A stretch of 35,168 nucleotides of DNA from Octopus sinensis (GCF_006345805.1 NW_021829901.1:1-35168); one strand, 5' to 3'; shown: positions 1 to 11,333, counted from the first letter of the stretch. Notes: generated by a model from the sequence alone, not told the origin. Program-made: numbers and translations.

Positions 1-766
1 TGAACAAGACAGTATAATTGACATGAAGCGCAGTCTCTCTTGGACACAAGACCATTACATCTCATTACACTTTAAAGGCTATGCGTTTGCGATTCAGGAA
101 TAGGAGATTGCCACAAAGTACCTGGTGAACAAGAGAGACAGTGACGCTCTTGTAATCCCAAGATGACAACCGCATGCTTAGGCTATGTCATGTTTCTGTG
201 GAAGACATTACGTATGTGATTATCAGCTGCCCTAAAATGAGGTCACGGTACTACCTCCCTATGTGGCACAATGTTGTTGCGAAAACAATTTAGAATGTCA
301 TCCGCATGAACGAATGTCCTGAAATAAACTTAGAAAATCCCTCTGTTATGGACTACATTTATAAACACCAACTCAAGGAATACTGGTGGAATGTTCCTAT
401 CAAAACTTCTGTCAAATATTAACATAACAGGCCAGATATTGTTGTTTGGGACAGAGGGGCAAATGTATGTACCATCATAGAGGTTAGTTGCCCAGCGGAT
501 ATAAATATCTCTTTGAAAATTAAAGAAAAAAGGATATCTATAGACAACTGATTCGAAACCTCCAGCTTCTACTTCCAGATTATGAATTCATATTCATACA
601 AATAATAATTGGAGCACTATGTTTTGTTAGTAAACGCTTAAAGGAGAATCTAGATCAACTGGGATTTTCAGAAAGAGAAATTGACCGGCTAATTCGTACA
701 TTACAGGTTCAATCTGTGAGTGGAACAGTAAGAATATGCAAGACTTTTCTCAAGTTCCAAATGTGA
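1..766 (+). mobile_element. Degenerate 3' part of an RLE-type non-LTR retrotransposon (R4/Dong-like): CCHC zinc knuckle plus restriction-like endonuclease
   Basis: Manual translation across stops and frameshifts: KGYAFAIQE*EIATKY; RLCHVSVEDITYVIISCPKM..YYLPMWHNVVAK (CCHC and decayed RHN); WWNVPIKT..HNRPDIVVWD..CTIIEVSCP (PD..E/D core); YRQLIRNLQLL..FIQIIIGAL..VSGTVRICKTFLKFQM* (TGA 764-766). Confidence 0.85.
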
Positions 767-782
767 ATTTGTCTGTGTTAAC

Positions 783-990
783 TACATCCCAAGCGATGGT
801 GAGGTGGGGGACAAGCACAGACAGAAATAACAAATACATACATACATGCATACATATATACATGCATACATACATGCATACACACACACGCACACACACA
901 CACACATATATATATATATTTATATATATATATATATATATGACGGGCTTCTTTCAGTTTCCGTCTACCTAATCTACCCACAAGGCTTTA
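783..990 (-). mobile_element. SINE family B fragment including its internal (CA)/(TA) microsatellite
   Basis: GACGGGCTTCTTTCAGTTTCCGTCTACC is the reverse complement of the family-B body seen at 13140 and 24940. Confidence 0.75.
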
Positions 991-1510
991 CGTACATATA
1001 GAGCACCACCTTGAAGGATTCAGTGGGTCAAATCGAATTAAGCAGCTATGTTAAGACTGATACTTATTCCATCGGTCTCTTTTTGTTGATCTTACTCGTT
1101 CAGTAAAGCAAAGAACGACAAATAACACTTTAGTTTGCCTGTAACTTTAACGCTACGACCAGAAAACTGTCTGTTGCTAGCCTACTCTCGACAGTAATTT
1201 TGGATTTTTATTCATTGAGCATTAATATATTTTCTACTGAATCTGTTTACATTAAGATCGTTCATATTTCCAACGGAATACAGTCTATCAATGCCATAAT
1301 ATATAAATACATATAATGCCGGGAAGTTCTTTTTGCAACATATAAACCAAATGCTTCACTTATTTCTGCTCCATCAAAAGCAGCATAGTTGTTTCTTTGT
1401 ATTCTATTTTGCTCAGGTTGTACTTTCGGAATACAAGTTAAACTTCCTGGCGTTTTGAATGATCCGAATGTCTGAATGACTATTTGGTGTTATGGTATTT
1501 GCGAAGGCTA

Positions 1511-2110
1511 AGGCGGCGAGCTGGCAGAATCGTTAGCGCGCCGGGCGAAATGCTTAGCCGTATTTCGTCCGCCGTTACGTTCTGAGTTCAAATTCCGCCG
1601 AGGTCGACTTTACCTTTCATCCTTTCGGGGTCGATAAATTAAGTACCAGTGACGTACTGGGGTCGATGTAATCGACGTAATCCGTTTGTCTGTCCTTGTT
1701 TGTCCCCTATGTGTTTAGCCCCTTGTGGGTAGTAAAGAAATAGGTATTTCGTCTGCCGTTACTTTCTGAGTTCAAATTCCGCCGAGGTCGACTTTGCCTT
1801 TCATCCTTTCGGGGTCGATAAATTAAGTACCAGTGACGCACTGGGGTCGATGTAATCGACTTAATCCGTTTGTCTGTACTTGTTTGTCTTCTCTGTGTTT
1901 AGCCCCTTGTGGGTAGTAAAGAAATAGGTATTTCGTCCGCCGCTGCGTTCTGAGTGCAAATTCCGCCGAGGTCGACTTTGCCTTTTATCCTTTCGGGGTC
2001 GATAAATTAAGGACCAGTTACGCACTGGGGTCGATGTAATCGGCTTAATCTGGTTGTCTGTACTTGTTTGTCCCCTCTATGTTTAACCCCTTGTGGGTAG
2101 TAAAGAAATA
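1511..2110 (+). mobile_element. SINE family A: tRNA-like head plus three tandem ~185-bp body units, flanked by a 17-bp target-site duplication
   Basis: A-box-like TGGCAGAATCG, B-box GTTCAAATTCC, three repeats of GTCGACTTTGCCTTTCATCCTTTCGGGGTCGATAAATTAAGTACCAG. GGTATTTGCGAAGGCTA occurs at 1494-1510 and 2111-2127. Confidence 0.9.
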
Positions 2111-2637
2111 GGTATTTGCGAAGGCTAATAAAGTAGATGCGATTTCGTTTTAAAAAGATAAAAAATTTCCTATATAAAACTGAAAGTACTTCTATTATTA
2201 TCAATGATACTAAATGTTATTCTAGAATAGACAAGAATTTTCATTATTTTTCTATAAATGATACAAGACCAAGGAAGGTTGAAATCACGTGGTCTCATGG
2301 TCCCAGTGCTTGAAGTGGCAGGGATTTATGTCCCCGCTAGCAATATAAGCTAGCGTGCATTTTGCACCAAAAGTCAATATGAGAGTGTTCTCTCATGCTA
2401 TCCACTGCAGTATAGTTTGTTCTAACAGAACATCCACATTTAAGTAGCGATAAATATTATCTCTCGGTATCAATACTGCCTCTGTCGCTAGTATATATAT
2501 TTTAACAAGCTTATTGGCTGATCGTGACACCAGTGTCTGTTCTGGCAAAGTTTTCCTATATATTACTGGTGGGGAGGTGGAGTCGCTGCTTTTTTTAGCA
2601 GTCAATCGACCATCATTGACATGACAATATGAGAGTT

Positions 2638-2772
2638 TCCCGAGGTCGACTTTGCCTTTTATCCTCTCGGGGTTGATAAATTAAATGCCAGTTGCGTACT
2701 GGGATCGATCTAATCGACTGGTGGCCCCCTCCCCCCCAAATTTCGGGCCTTGTGCCTAGAGTAGAAAAGAAT
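2638..2772 (+). mobile_element. SINE family A, 5'-truncated
   Basis: CCGAGGTCGACTTTGCCTTTTATCCTCTCGGGGTTGATAAA core and the GGCCTTGTGCCT tail variant. Confidence 0.8.
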
Positions 2773-3296
2773 ATTAAAGTTTCTCTCATGATATCTACCA
2801 CAGTATAGCTTGTTCTAACACCATCCACGTCTAAATGGGAATAGATATTACCTCAAGATATTAATACTGCTTCTGTCACTAATATATATTAGTATTAGAA
2901 GAAAAAAAATGATAGAACCCAAGATTTTCTAACTATGCCTGTTGTTTCAAGGTGGAATAACATATGGTATGGATGGTTAAAGAAATTATACTTATGATCC
3001 TTGAGTGTGTGTTACGAAGTGGGCAGTGAGCCAAAGTTTGTAGCCTATTTTAAAACCGGATACGATCTCCTAGGCATCTTGGTTAACAGATTTGTAAGTG
3101 TCAACATGGAATTTCTTCAAACTATACTGTAAATAACAATACTCTGAAACAATAGTCTTATATAAATATTTGTTTCTCTGGAGGTTTTACCACATATCTT
3201 GTTTAATCATAAAACTCGGGATGCACTTTAGAGGCTCCGAAATTTGTTTCTGAATTCTGGAATGTAATGTTTGTTATAAGACTGAAGAATGATTAA

Positions 3297-3692
3297 TCTC
3301 TCTCTATATAAAGCTGAAGTTGTCCGTGTATGGCAGGTTTTGTAGCCTTCAACTAACACTATCTCCTCTGAGACCCTGCGACGCAAGTTGACCAAAATTG
3401 ACAGTATGATAGAAGAAGGCTTGCTCTTCATTCCGTAGAAGAAAAAATTCAAGTCGGACCATGTTAACACCAAAAATTATTTACATCAAAAAGGTGCTTT
3501 TGTTTTCTACGAAAATCCCTATTTTTTACGATTTTTTGACTGCTGTGTCGCCATTTTTCGGTGTATTTCAACCAGAAAAAATGTTCACTCAAAGAGAATA
3601 ACAAGCTACATAATGCAAAATTTTTTACTTTTCAAAAATTCCAATTGTAAAGGGTCGAAACAAACCCGAGCAACGCCGGGCGATACTGCTAG
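3297..3692 (+). mobile_element. Non-autonomous Helitron (family Hel-B)
   Basis: Starts TC after an A and ends CCCGAGCAACGCCGGG (hairpin)-CGATACTG-CTAG. A second copy lies at 20568-20944. Confidence 0.85.
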
Positions 3693-3710
3693 CATGTGTA
3701 TATGTGTCTA

Positions 3711-3830
3711 AGGTGGTGAGCTGGCGGAATCGTTAGCATGCCGCGCCAAATGCTGATGGCATTTCGTCCGTCTTTACGTTTCGAGTCCAAATTCCATGGA
3801 GGTCGGCTTTGCTTTTCATCTTTTCAGATG
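3711..3830 (+). mobile_element. SINE family A, 5' fragment
   Basis: AAGGTGGTGAGCTGGCGGAATCGTTAGC head and GGTCGGCTTTGCTTTTCATC core. Confidence 0.75.
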
Positions 3831-4032
3831 GAAAAAAAAAAAAAAATCCAATCGTGAGGACTTAATACAAGTATTAATAGATATAACAGTAGAATATAAT
3901 AGTTTTATTTATTTTACAGGTTTAATATTTTTGTAAAGAAACTCCGCTATCACTAATTTCAGAGACGATGTGACCAAAGGAAAAACAGAGTTTGCTAAAA
4001 TATTATATTAATACAAGATCAATAGGCAGAGA

Positions 4033-4140
4033 ACAGTAAGAGAGAGAGAGAGAAAGAGGGAGAGAAAGAGGGAGAGAAAAAGAGAGAGAAACAGAGAGAG
4101 AAAGAGAAAGAAAGGAAAGAAAGAGAGAGAAAGAGAGAAT
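4033..4140. repeat. GA-rich purine microsatellite
   Basis: Imperfect (GA)n/(GAAA)n. Confidence 0.9.
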
Positions 4141-4209
4141 TCGAGTCACGCATATCAGCCCAAGCCAGCTGCTGATAAAATGGCATAGTTACATCGATGA
4201 TAATGATTG

Positions 4210-4410
4210 GCACAAGGCCAGCAATTTGGGGAAAGGGACTAAGTCGACGAGATCGACTCCAGTGCTCAGCTGGTACTTATTTTATCGATCCCAAAAGGAT
4301 GAAAAGCAAAGTCGACCACGGCAGAATTTGAACTCAGAACGTAAAGGTGGAAAAAAAATGTCACTGCGTATTTTGCCCGGCATGCTCACAATTCTGGAAG
4401 CTGGCCGCCT
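4210..4410 (-). mobile_element. SINE family A, full-length diverged copy
   Basis: Reverse complement of head, core (AAAGTCGACCACGGCAGAATTTGAACTCAGAACG) and GGCACAAGGCC tail. Confidence 0.8.
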
Positions 4411-4411
4411 A

Positions 4412-4489
<78 letters not shown>
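4411..4489. repeat. (AAT)n microsatellite
   Basis: Perfect AAT array; a second array lies at 4739-4809. Confidence 0.95.
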
Positions 4490-4490
<1 letters not shown>

Positions 4491-4492
4491 CA

Positions 4493-4735
4493 CCTATCAT
4501 AGTAGTTGCATTAGGCATGATAAAAAATATTCAGACAAATACATAACAAAAACACCAGGACTTACAAATACATATAACATACAGAAAATTGCACTACTAG
4601 GCACTGCACACATCCTACGCAGAACACTTTCCATACAATAACCATCAGAGCATCACAACAAATCACAGCACATACCCAAGGCACACAGAGCTGCGCTCGG
4701 TAGTGAAGTGAAAGCACGATATAAAAATAAAACTA

Positions 4736-4738
<3 letters not shown>
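4493..4738 (+). mobile_element. 5'-truncated R4/Dong-like retrotransposon 3' end between two (AAT)n arrays
   Basis: PIIVVALGMIK, then a frameshift to KTPGLTNTYNIQKIALLGTAHILRRTLSIQ* (TAA 4639-4641), the typical RLE C-terminal helix. About 100 nt of 3'UTR runs into (AAT)n. Confidence 0.8.
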
Positions 4739-4809
<71 letters not shown>

Positions 4810-4811
<2 letters not shown>

Positions 4812-5160
4812 TCCCTGATGCAGTACCAGGCAGTGGCTCTCATGGCTTCTGATCTTAACTGATTGGAAGTGTTATCATGTACATTGTTTTGTCTTGGTAT
4901 AAAAGATGGGCTACAGCAAACATTCTGCTCAATACCACAGATTTGCTTGTCAGTTGTTTGACCTTAACCAGTTGAGCATGTCCCTTAGTGGCTAACGATA
5001 TGTGCATCTGTGATCACGAGCAGAAGTAGTGGGGGAGCATCATAATCATGTGTTAAGAGAAATTCTTTGGGGTTTGGGTAATTCACCTTGGAAACATGAG
5101 TGTTTCGTTCAACATCCTTAAACAACCCTTATTCAAGGACCTTTTGAGGGGATGCTGTCC
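4810..5160 (-). mobile_element. Dispersed repeat family F (retroposon-like 3' end abutting a TTA/AAT array)
   Basis: Reverse complement matches 29797-29975 and 30268-30445 (GGACATGCTCAACTGGTTAAGGTCAA; GCCTGGTACTGCATCAGGG). Confidence 0.75.
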
Positions 5161-5177
5161 GACTTGCTAACGATTCT

Positions 5178-5395
5178 ACTTTAGGCACAAGGCCAGCAAT
5201 TTTGAGGCGCAGGGGAAGTTGATTACGTGGACCCTCACTCCAGTGTCGGCCTGGTATTTATTTTATCGACCCCCGAAAGGATAAAAGACAAATCGACCTC
5301 GGCGGAATTTGAACTCAGAACATAGCAGCAGACGGAAGAAATACAGCGAAGTATTTTACCCAACTGGCTCACGATTCTGCCAGCACGCCGCTTTA
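5178..5395 (-). mobile_element. SINE family A
   Basis: TTATCGACCCCCGAAAGGATAAAAGACAAATCGACCTCGGCGGAATTTGAACTCAGAAC, with head at the right end. Confidence 0.85.
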
Positions 5396-5404
5396 ACTCC
5401 ATCG

Positions 5405-5450
5405 ATAACAACCACAACAACAACAACAACAACAACAACAATAATAATAA

Positions 5451-5518
<68 letters not shown>

Positions 5519-5580
5519 ATAATAATAATAATAATGATAATATTAATAATGATATACCTCGTTCAGAGATTTATTATTGC

Positions 5581-5631
<51 letters not shown>

Positions 5632-5700
5632 TAATAATAATAATAATAATATTAATAAAAATTATAATAATAACAATAACAACAACACAACAACAACAAT
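5405..5700. repeat. Compound (ACA)n-(ATA)n-(CTA)n-(AAT)n microsatellite
   Basis: Direct reading; it explains ORFs 5309..5764 and 5543..5728. Confidence 0.95.
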
Positions 5701-5860
5701 AATACTGTTTTCTGTTTTGGCCGAACACAAAACAAAAAGATACTGCAACACAAGGGACAAGTGAGTCTTAGCACCAAACTTCGTGTATAAAACTGAAATA
5801 ATAATAATAACAATCAAATTCTCCAAAAGTGGGCAGTTCCGCCCCCTTTTTATTAGCCTC

Positions 5861-5890
5861 TGGGGGTGGGGGTGGGGGTGGGGGTGGGGG
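5861..5890 (+). other. (TGGGGG)5 G-quadruplex-forming motif with an adjacent GC box (CCGCCC, 5839-5844)
   Basis: Five consecutive G5 tracts separated by single T. Confidence 0.8.
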
Positions 5891-6679
5891 ATAGATGAGG
5901 GAGAAACAACGCTCTTTTAACAATTAAAGCAGTCACAGCACAGAAAGAGGCAACCGGTCAGCCAGCCAGCGCTGCAACACGTACAACCAGGCGAAGCAGA
6001 AAAATAAGTAAAACAAAATAAATAAAAAAAAGGGGGCGATAACTCTAGCTGGACTCTAAACGATACAAGTCAAGCGTCCACGACATTGCGCTTGAGTGTG
6101 ACTCTACGTTACTTATACTTAATGGGTGGGAGGCGGAGGAGTTTCTAACGAGAGAAATAGGTTGAGGGAGGGTAGGAGGAGACGCTTCTGATTGTAGGCT
6201 CGCCGTCGTCGTCGTAGTGATGTTATCGCAACTATCGTAATATCAATAGTTTTAGTATTCCTGCTTGTAGTAGTAGTAGTAGTAGTAGTAGCAGCAGCAG
6301 CAGCTGTTGTTGGTTGCTGTTGTTTAACTCCAGGTCAATGGGTGATTGAGGCAATATTAAGATCAAAGGCGTTCCAGTCGCGCCAACTCCGTCGTTTTAG
6401 GGCGTTTATTCAACGACTGCGTTATCTAACGCACCCTTTCACATTTTTTAAGGCGGCGACACGTGCGGTGGTTCTGAAAGGGGGGAGGAGTTGACTGTTA
6501 TTTCTAGCAGGTCGTGTCGTGCGAAGCAACATAGACGCTGCATCGTTGGCTCGGTGACTTATGAATAGTAGTAGTAGTAGTAGTAGTAGTAGTTGCAATG
6601 GTGGTGGTGGTGGTGGTAGGAGAAGTAGAATATCGAGGAGGGGGAGGAGAACAGAACGAGTACTGATATCTATCTATGT

Positions 6680-7027
6680 GTGTGTGTGTGTGCGCACGTG
6701 TGTAACACACACGCACGCACGCACACACATACACACGCATATACACACATATACACACACACACGCAGAGACATACTCGCACACACGCACACACAAATAT
6801 ATATGGGTGTATAGAGATACAAATATCCAGTACTTTTATGTACTTAAGTGTACGCGTATACACACACAAGAAATAATATATATATATACATATATATATA
6901 CACACGTTCTCAAACCCGGATACACACACATACACCGAGACACACACACACAAATATATAGGTGTATAGCGATATAAATATCCAGTACTTTTATGTACTT
7001 AAGTGTACGCGTATACACACACAAGAA

Positions 7028-7072
<45 letters not shown>

Positions 7073-7292
7073 GTTCTCAAACCCGGATACCATATATACA
7101 CAAAGACACACACACACACATTTATATATACTTAGGTAAACAACACGTATATACGCATACACACCCAACAGACACACACATAAGAAATAACATATATATA
7201 TATATATATATATACACGTTCTCAAACCCAGATACACACACGTACACAGACACACACACACACACATGTGTATAATAATATATAATATATAT

Positions 7293-7332
<40 letters not shown>

Positions 7333-7395
7333 CTTAGGTAAACACGTATATACGCATACATACCCAACAGACACACACACAAACTCACAAGCACT
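6680..7395. repeat. CA/TA-rich block with interlocked local duplications
   Basis: ACACGTTCTCAAACCC(G/A)GATAC x3; TCCAGTACTTTTATGTACTTAAGTGTACGCGTATAC x2; TACTTAGGTAAAC x2. Confidence 0.85.
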
Positions 7396-7439
7396 CACTC
7401 TCACGCACTCATGCTGAGCAAGAGCTGAGTTGAGTTAGT

Positions 7440-7990
7440 TTTGTTGTTGTCGGCTGTTTGGTGGCGCTCGCGGCGTTGCCAACAACTTTTTGTTTTTTGT
7501 TTATTTCTTCTTTTTTCCTTTACTCTTCGCAACACAGAGAGAGAGAGAGACACAAACGAAGGAGTTTACTTGCGACCGTCTCTCTCCGTCTCATTCATCC
7601 GTACACGGACCGACAGATAGACACAATCACAGACACAGAGACAGACACAGCCACAGAGAAAGACGAGGCCAGACAAAACAAGACGTGCGGAAGAGAAAGA
7701 TTACACTAAGGAAAGGTAAAAAAGCAAAACTGAACAAAACAAAACAAAACTAAAACAATAACAAAAAGAAGTGTTCCGAGTTCGAACCTAACACACTAAC
7801 CGGCATTTCAAAAGACTTTATTTATATATATATATATTTATTTATTTATTTATTTTCATATTTATTTACGTTTCTTCGTCTTCTTCTCCGGGTGGGTTGG
7901 GTGGATCGAACGCAAGAGAATACGAACGGAAAAAAGAAAAAAGTAACAAAAAAGATAAAAAAAATATGAGTTCGGTTTAGATCGTATAAC
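7440..7990. promoter_or_regulatory. CpG-rich non-repetitive segment; possible promoter or non-coding first exon
   Basis: Frequent CpG relative to neighbouring unique DNA; donor-like AAG/GTAAAA near 7716; no convincing ORF. Confidence 0.3.
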
Positions 7991-7995
7991 GCCTC

Positions 7996-8190
7996 TACTA
8001 CTACTACTAACTACTACTACTACTACTACTACTAACTACTACTTACTCCTACTACTATTACTACTACTAACTACTACTACTACTAACTACTACTACTACT
8101 AACTACTAACTACTACTACTAACTACTACTACTACTACTACTACTACTACCACTACTACTACCACCACCACCACCACCACCACTACTACA

Positions 8191-8223
<33 letters not shown>

Positions 8224-8225
8224 CT
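7996..8225. repeat. (ACT)n grading into (ACC)n microsatellite
   Basis: Direct reading. Confidence 0.95.
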
Positions 8226-8335
8226 ACAGTTGCGGTAGCATACCTGTAATTATTTACGGTAGAAGCTGGGTTGCTTTTTGTCAACTAATATAGTTATGTA
8301 GCAGTTACAAGTATCTTATTTTGGACTGTCGCTTC

Positions 8336-8705
8336 CTCTCTCACCCTCTCTCTCTCTCTCTCTCTCTCCTTCTCTCTTCTCCTTCTCTCTCTCTCTCCTT
8401 CTCTCTCTTTCTTTCTCTCTCTCACCCTCTCTCTCCTTCTCTCTCTTTCTTTCTCTCTCTCACCCTCTCTCTTTCTCTCTCTCTCTCACCCTCTCTCTCC
8501 TCCTCTCTCTCTCCTTCACTCTCTCACCCTCTCTCTCCTTCTCTCTCTCTCCTTCTCTCTCTCTCTCTCTCTCTCCTTCTCTCTCTCTTCTTCTCTCTCT
8601 CTCACCCTCTCTCTCCTTCTCTCTCTCTCCTTCACTCTCTCACCCTCTCTCTCTCCTTCTCTCTCTCACCCTCTCTCTCCTCTCTCTCTTTCTTTCTCTC
8701 TTTCC
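8336..8705. repeat. (CT)n polypyrimidine tract with recurring CTCACC/CCTT interruptions
   Basis: Direct reading; it explains ORF 8321..8770. Confidence 0.95.
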
Positions 8706-9489
8706 CATTGCACAACCGAACGCACGCAGCTCTTTGCGCCTTTCTTTTATTCTCACTTATTATTTACTAATTATTACTAGTCATTGTTGTTAGTCCTGTT
8801 TAGTATTAAGTCGCAACCAGGGCGTACCGGGGGGTACGGGGGTACGGTGGAAATGTAACCGAAGCAACTGCATTCGATCTTCCTTCGACTCGGCTCACTT
8901 CCGAGCCTCTCCTCCCACCATTACCACAACCACCACCACCATCACCACTACGACGACGACCACGACGACGAACCACATTATTGTGAGAAACTACCCCAGA
9001 GTAGAAGGCATCGTCATTAATTAACATCGTTATCGTTTGTTTTTTGTAAAGACGGATCTCGAAGCAGATAAAGCTATAATCAACAGTTTGTAAAATATCG
9101 GGGCAAACCCCCCCCCCCCCCAAAAAAAACACAGAACTCTTTGAGTAGAAAAATTCGAGCGGTACCTGTCAACATCAATCATCATCATCATCATCATCAT
9201 TATTTTTATTATTATTATTATTACCGTAATTACTGAAGTTTGTTATGGTGATAATAAGCATTTTCTGGTGACTCCGAGGTTCGGGTTTCGATCCCTCTTC
9301 CTGGAAGATATATTTATTAAAACTACAACAACAACAACAACTACAAATTCTGCAGACAGGTATGAACGTTACAACTTTTTATTTAGTTTTTGAAAATTTT
9401 ACTATTTATTTATTTATTTTATTTATTTTCTTTTTCCTTTTCGCTCACGTACTTTGGCTTGTAGCTTCACTGTTGACATTTAAGATCTG

Positions 9490-9643
9490 AGTCACGTACA
9501 TACACACCCTAAAACACACACACACACACACACACACATACGCATACTAACACATACACACCCTAAAACACACACACATACTAACACATACACACTAACA
9601 CGCACACTAACGCACGTACTGATGTACAAACTTGTCACACTCA

Positions 9644-9701
<58 letters not shown>

Positions 9702-9748
9702 TACACATACACGAAGTGACACACGCGCACAATGACATACATACGTTG

Positions 9749-9779
<31 letters not shown>

Positions 9780-10725
9780 CATACGCTAAGCTACACACAT
9801 ATAGTGGAACATACACAAACACACACACACGTACAAAGACAGTATCTTTCATGCGTAGAAGTGCGCGTACAAGCGCGTGCGCGTAATCACGCACATGCTG
9901 GCACGTGCACACACATACATTTGCACGCGCACTGTTGCACAATATCACACACAAACACACACACAGCCTACTTATTCACACACACACACGTATATACACA
10001 TAGTAATACCCACGTATATATACATAGTAACACATACGTATATATACATAGTAATACACACGTATATATACATAGTAATACACACGAATATAAATAGTAA
10101 TACACACGTTATATACATAGTACACCACGTATATAGACATAGTAATACACACGTATATATACATAGTAACACATACGTATATATACATAGTAATACACAC
10201 GTATATATACATAGTAATACACACGTATATAGACATAGTAATACACACGTATATATACATAGTAATACACACGTATATATACATAGTAATACACACGTAT
10301 ATAGACATAGTAATACACACGTATATATACATAGTAATACACACGTATATAGACATAGTAATACACACGTATATATACATAGTAACACATACGTATATAT
10401 ACATAGTAATACACACGTATATATACATAGTAATACACACGTATATATACATAGTAATACACACGTACACACTAACAAGCACATAAACGCATATGCAAAG
10501 ATGCATGCACACATACTAAAGCAAACACACACACACACATACACACACACATACACACACACACATACACACACACATACACACACACATACACACACAC
10601 ATACACACACACACACACGGAAGCAGTCTCATAATGTTGTACATTATCACACACATACTTGCACACAGCCACACACATGCAATCACACACATACTAAACT
10701 TACATGCATACTGACACAAACATAA

Positions 10726-10771
<46 letters not shown>

Positions 10772-11130
10772 GCACACGCACTAATAGAAGCAAATACACA
10801 TGCACACACACACAAACTCGCACACACGTGCACAAACACACACGAATAGACACACATATAAACATACACACGACAGACAGGCACACACACACATATATAT
10901 ATACACCTCTCACACACATACAACATATGCCTTTACATGTACGCTTCACACATACACGTACACACACGAATACATAAACAAACATACACATCAACACACA
11001 TTCATACACCGACATATACACCCACGCAATGATAATTACACATGCACGCACACACATATGCACACACACATACGCACACATGCACACGCGCATGCATACA
11101 TGTATATGTAGAAACACTCATACGTACGCA
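9490..11130. repeat. Large CA-rich low-complexity block
   Basis: (CA)n, (CATA)n and degenerate derivatives; source of many HT/VC ORFs. Confidence 0.9.
9991..10470. repeat. 24-bp minisatellite GTATATATACATAGTAATACACAC, about 20 units
   Basis: The 8-aa periodicity HSNTHVYI in ORF 9877..10725 reflects the 24-nt unit. Confidence 0.95.
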
Positions 11131-11154
11131 TACGCTTTCCTACGTGCATTGTGT

Positions 11155-11302
11155 ATGGCAACGTGGTAAGAAGTTTGTTTCCCAGCCACACGGTTCCGGG
11201 TTCAGTCCCACTGCATGCCACTTCGGGTTTGTTCTACTACAACCTCGACCAACCAAAGCCATGCGAGTGGATTTGATAAAGGGAAACTGAAAGAAGCACG
11301 TC

Positions 11303-11333
<31 letters not shown>

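Larger units (their letters stand above)
1130..3290 (-). mobile_element. Highly degenerate Penelope-like element reverse transcriptase relic, interrupted by later insertions
   Basis: Minus-strand motifs in the expected order: NQDA*EIVSGFKI, TLKDHKYNF (~3000), FSIIDN..EIFY (~2200), AFANTITP..DIRIIQNARK..LY (1510-1430), TM..AFDGAEISEAFGLY (~1390), KITVESRLATDSFLVVALKL (~1200). These match the TLKDHK / HARKSLLF / MGxFDGAE / GLYRDDG type of PLE RT. Confidence 0.75.

Noticed and set aside
1560-2110. Regularly spaced direct repeats resembling a CRISPR array (also 28838-29793)
   Set aside because: Units are full ~185-bp tandem copies with no unique spacers, in eukaryotic SINE context, with no cas genes.
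3920-4036. Acceptor TTTTACAG and donor GTAAGA bracketing a possible exon
   Set aside because: All three frames contain stops; no other support.
8806-9132. 108-aa minus-strand ORF
   Set aside because: It starts in a homopolymer run, its centre is ACC/ACG microsatellite, and it has no recognisable homology.
9877-10725. 282-aa ORF and overlapping antisense ORFs
   Set aside because: Translation of a 24-bp minisatellite and CA repeats; no domain-like sequence.
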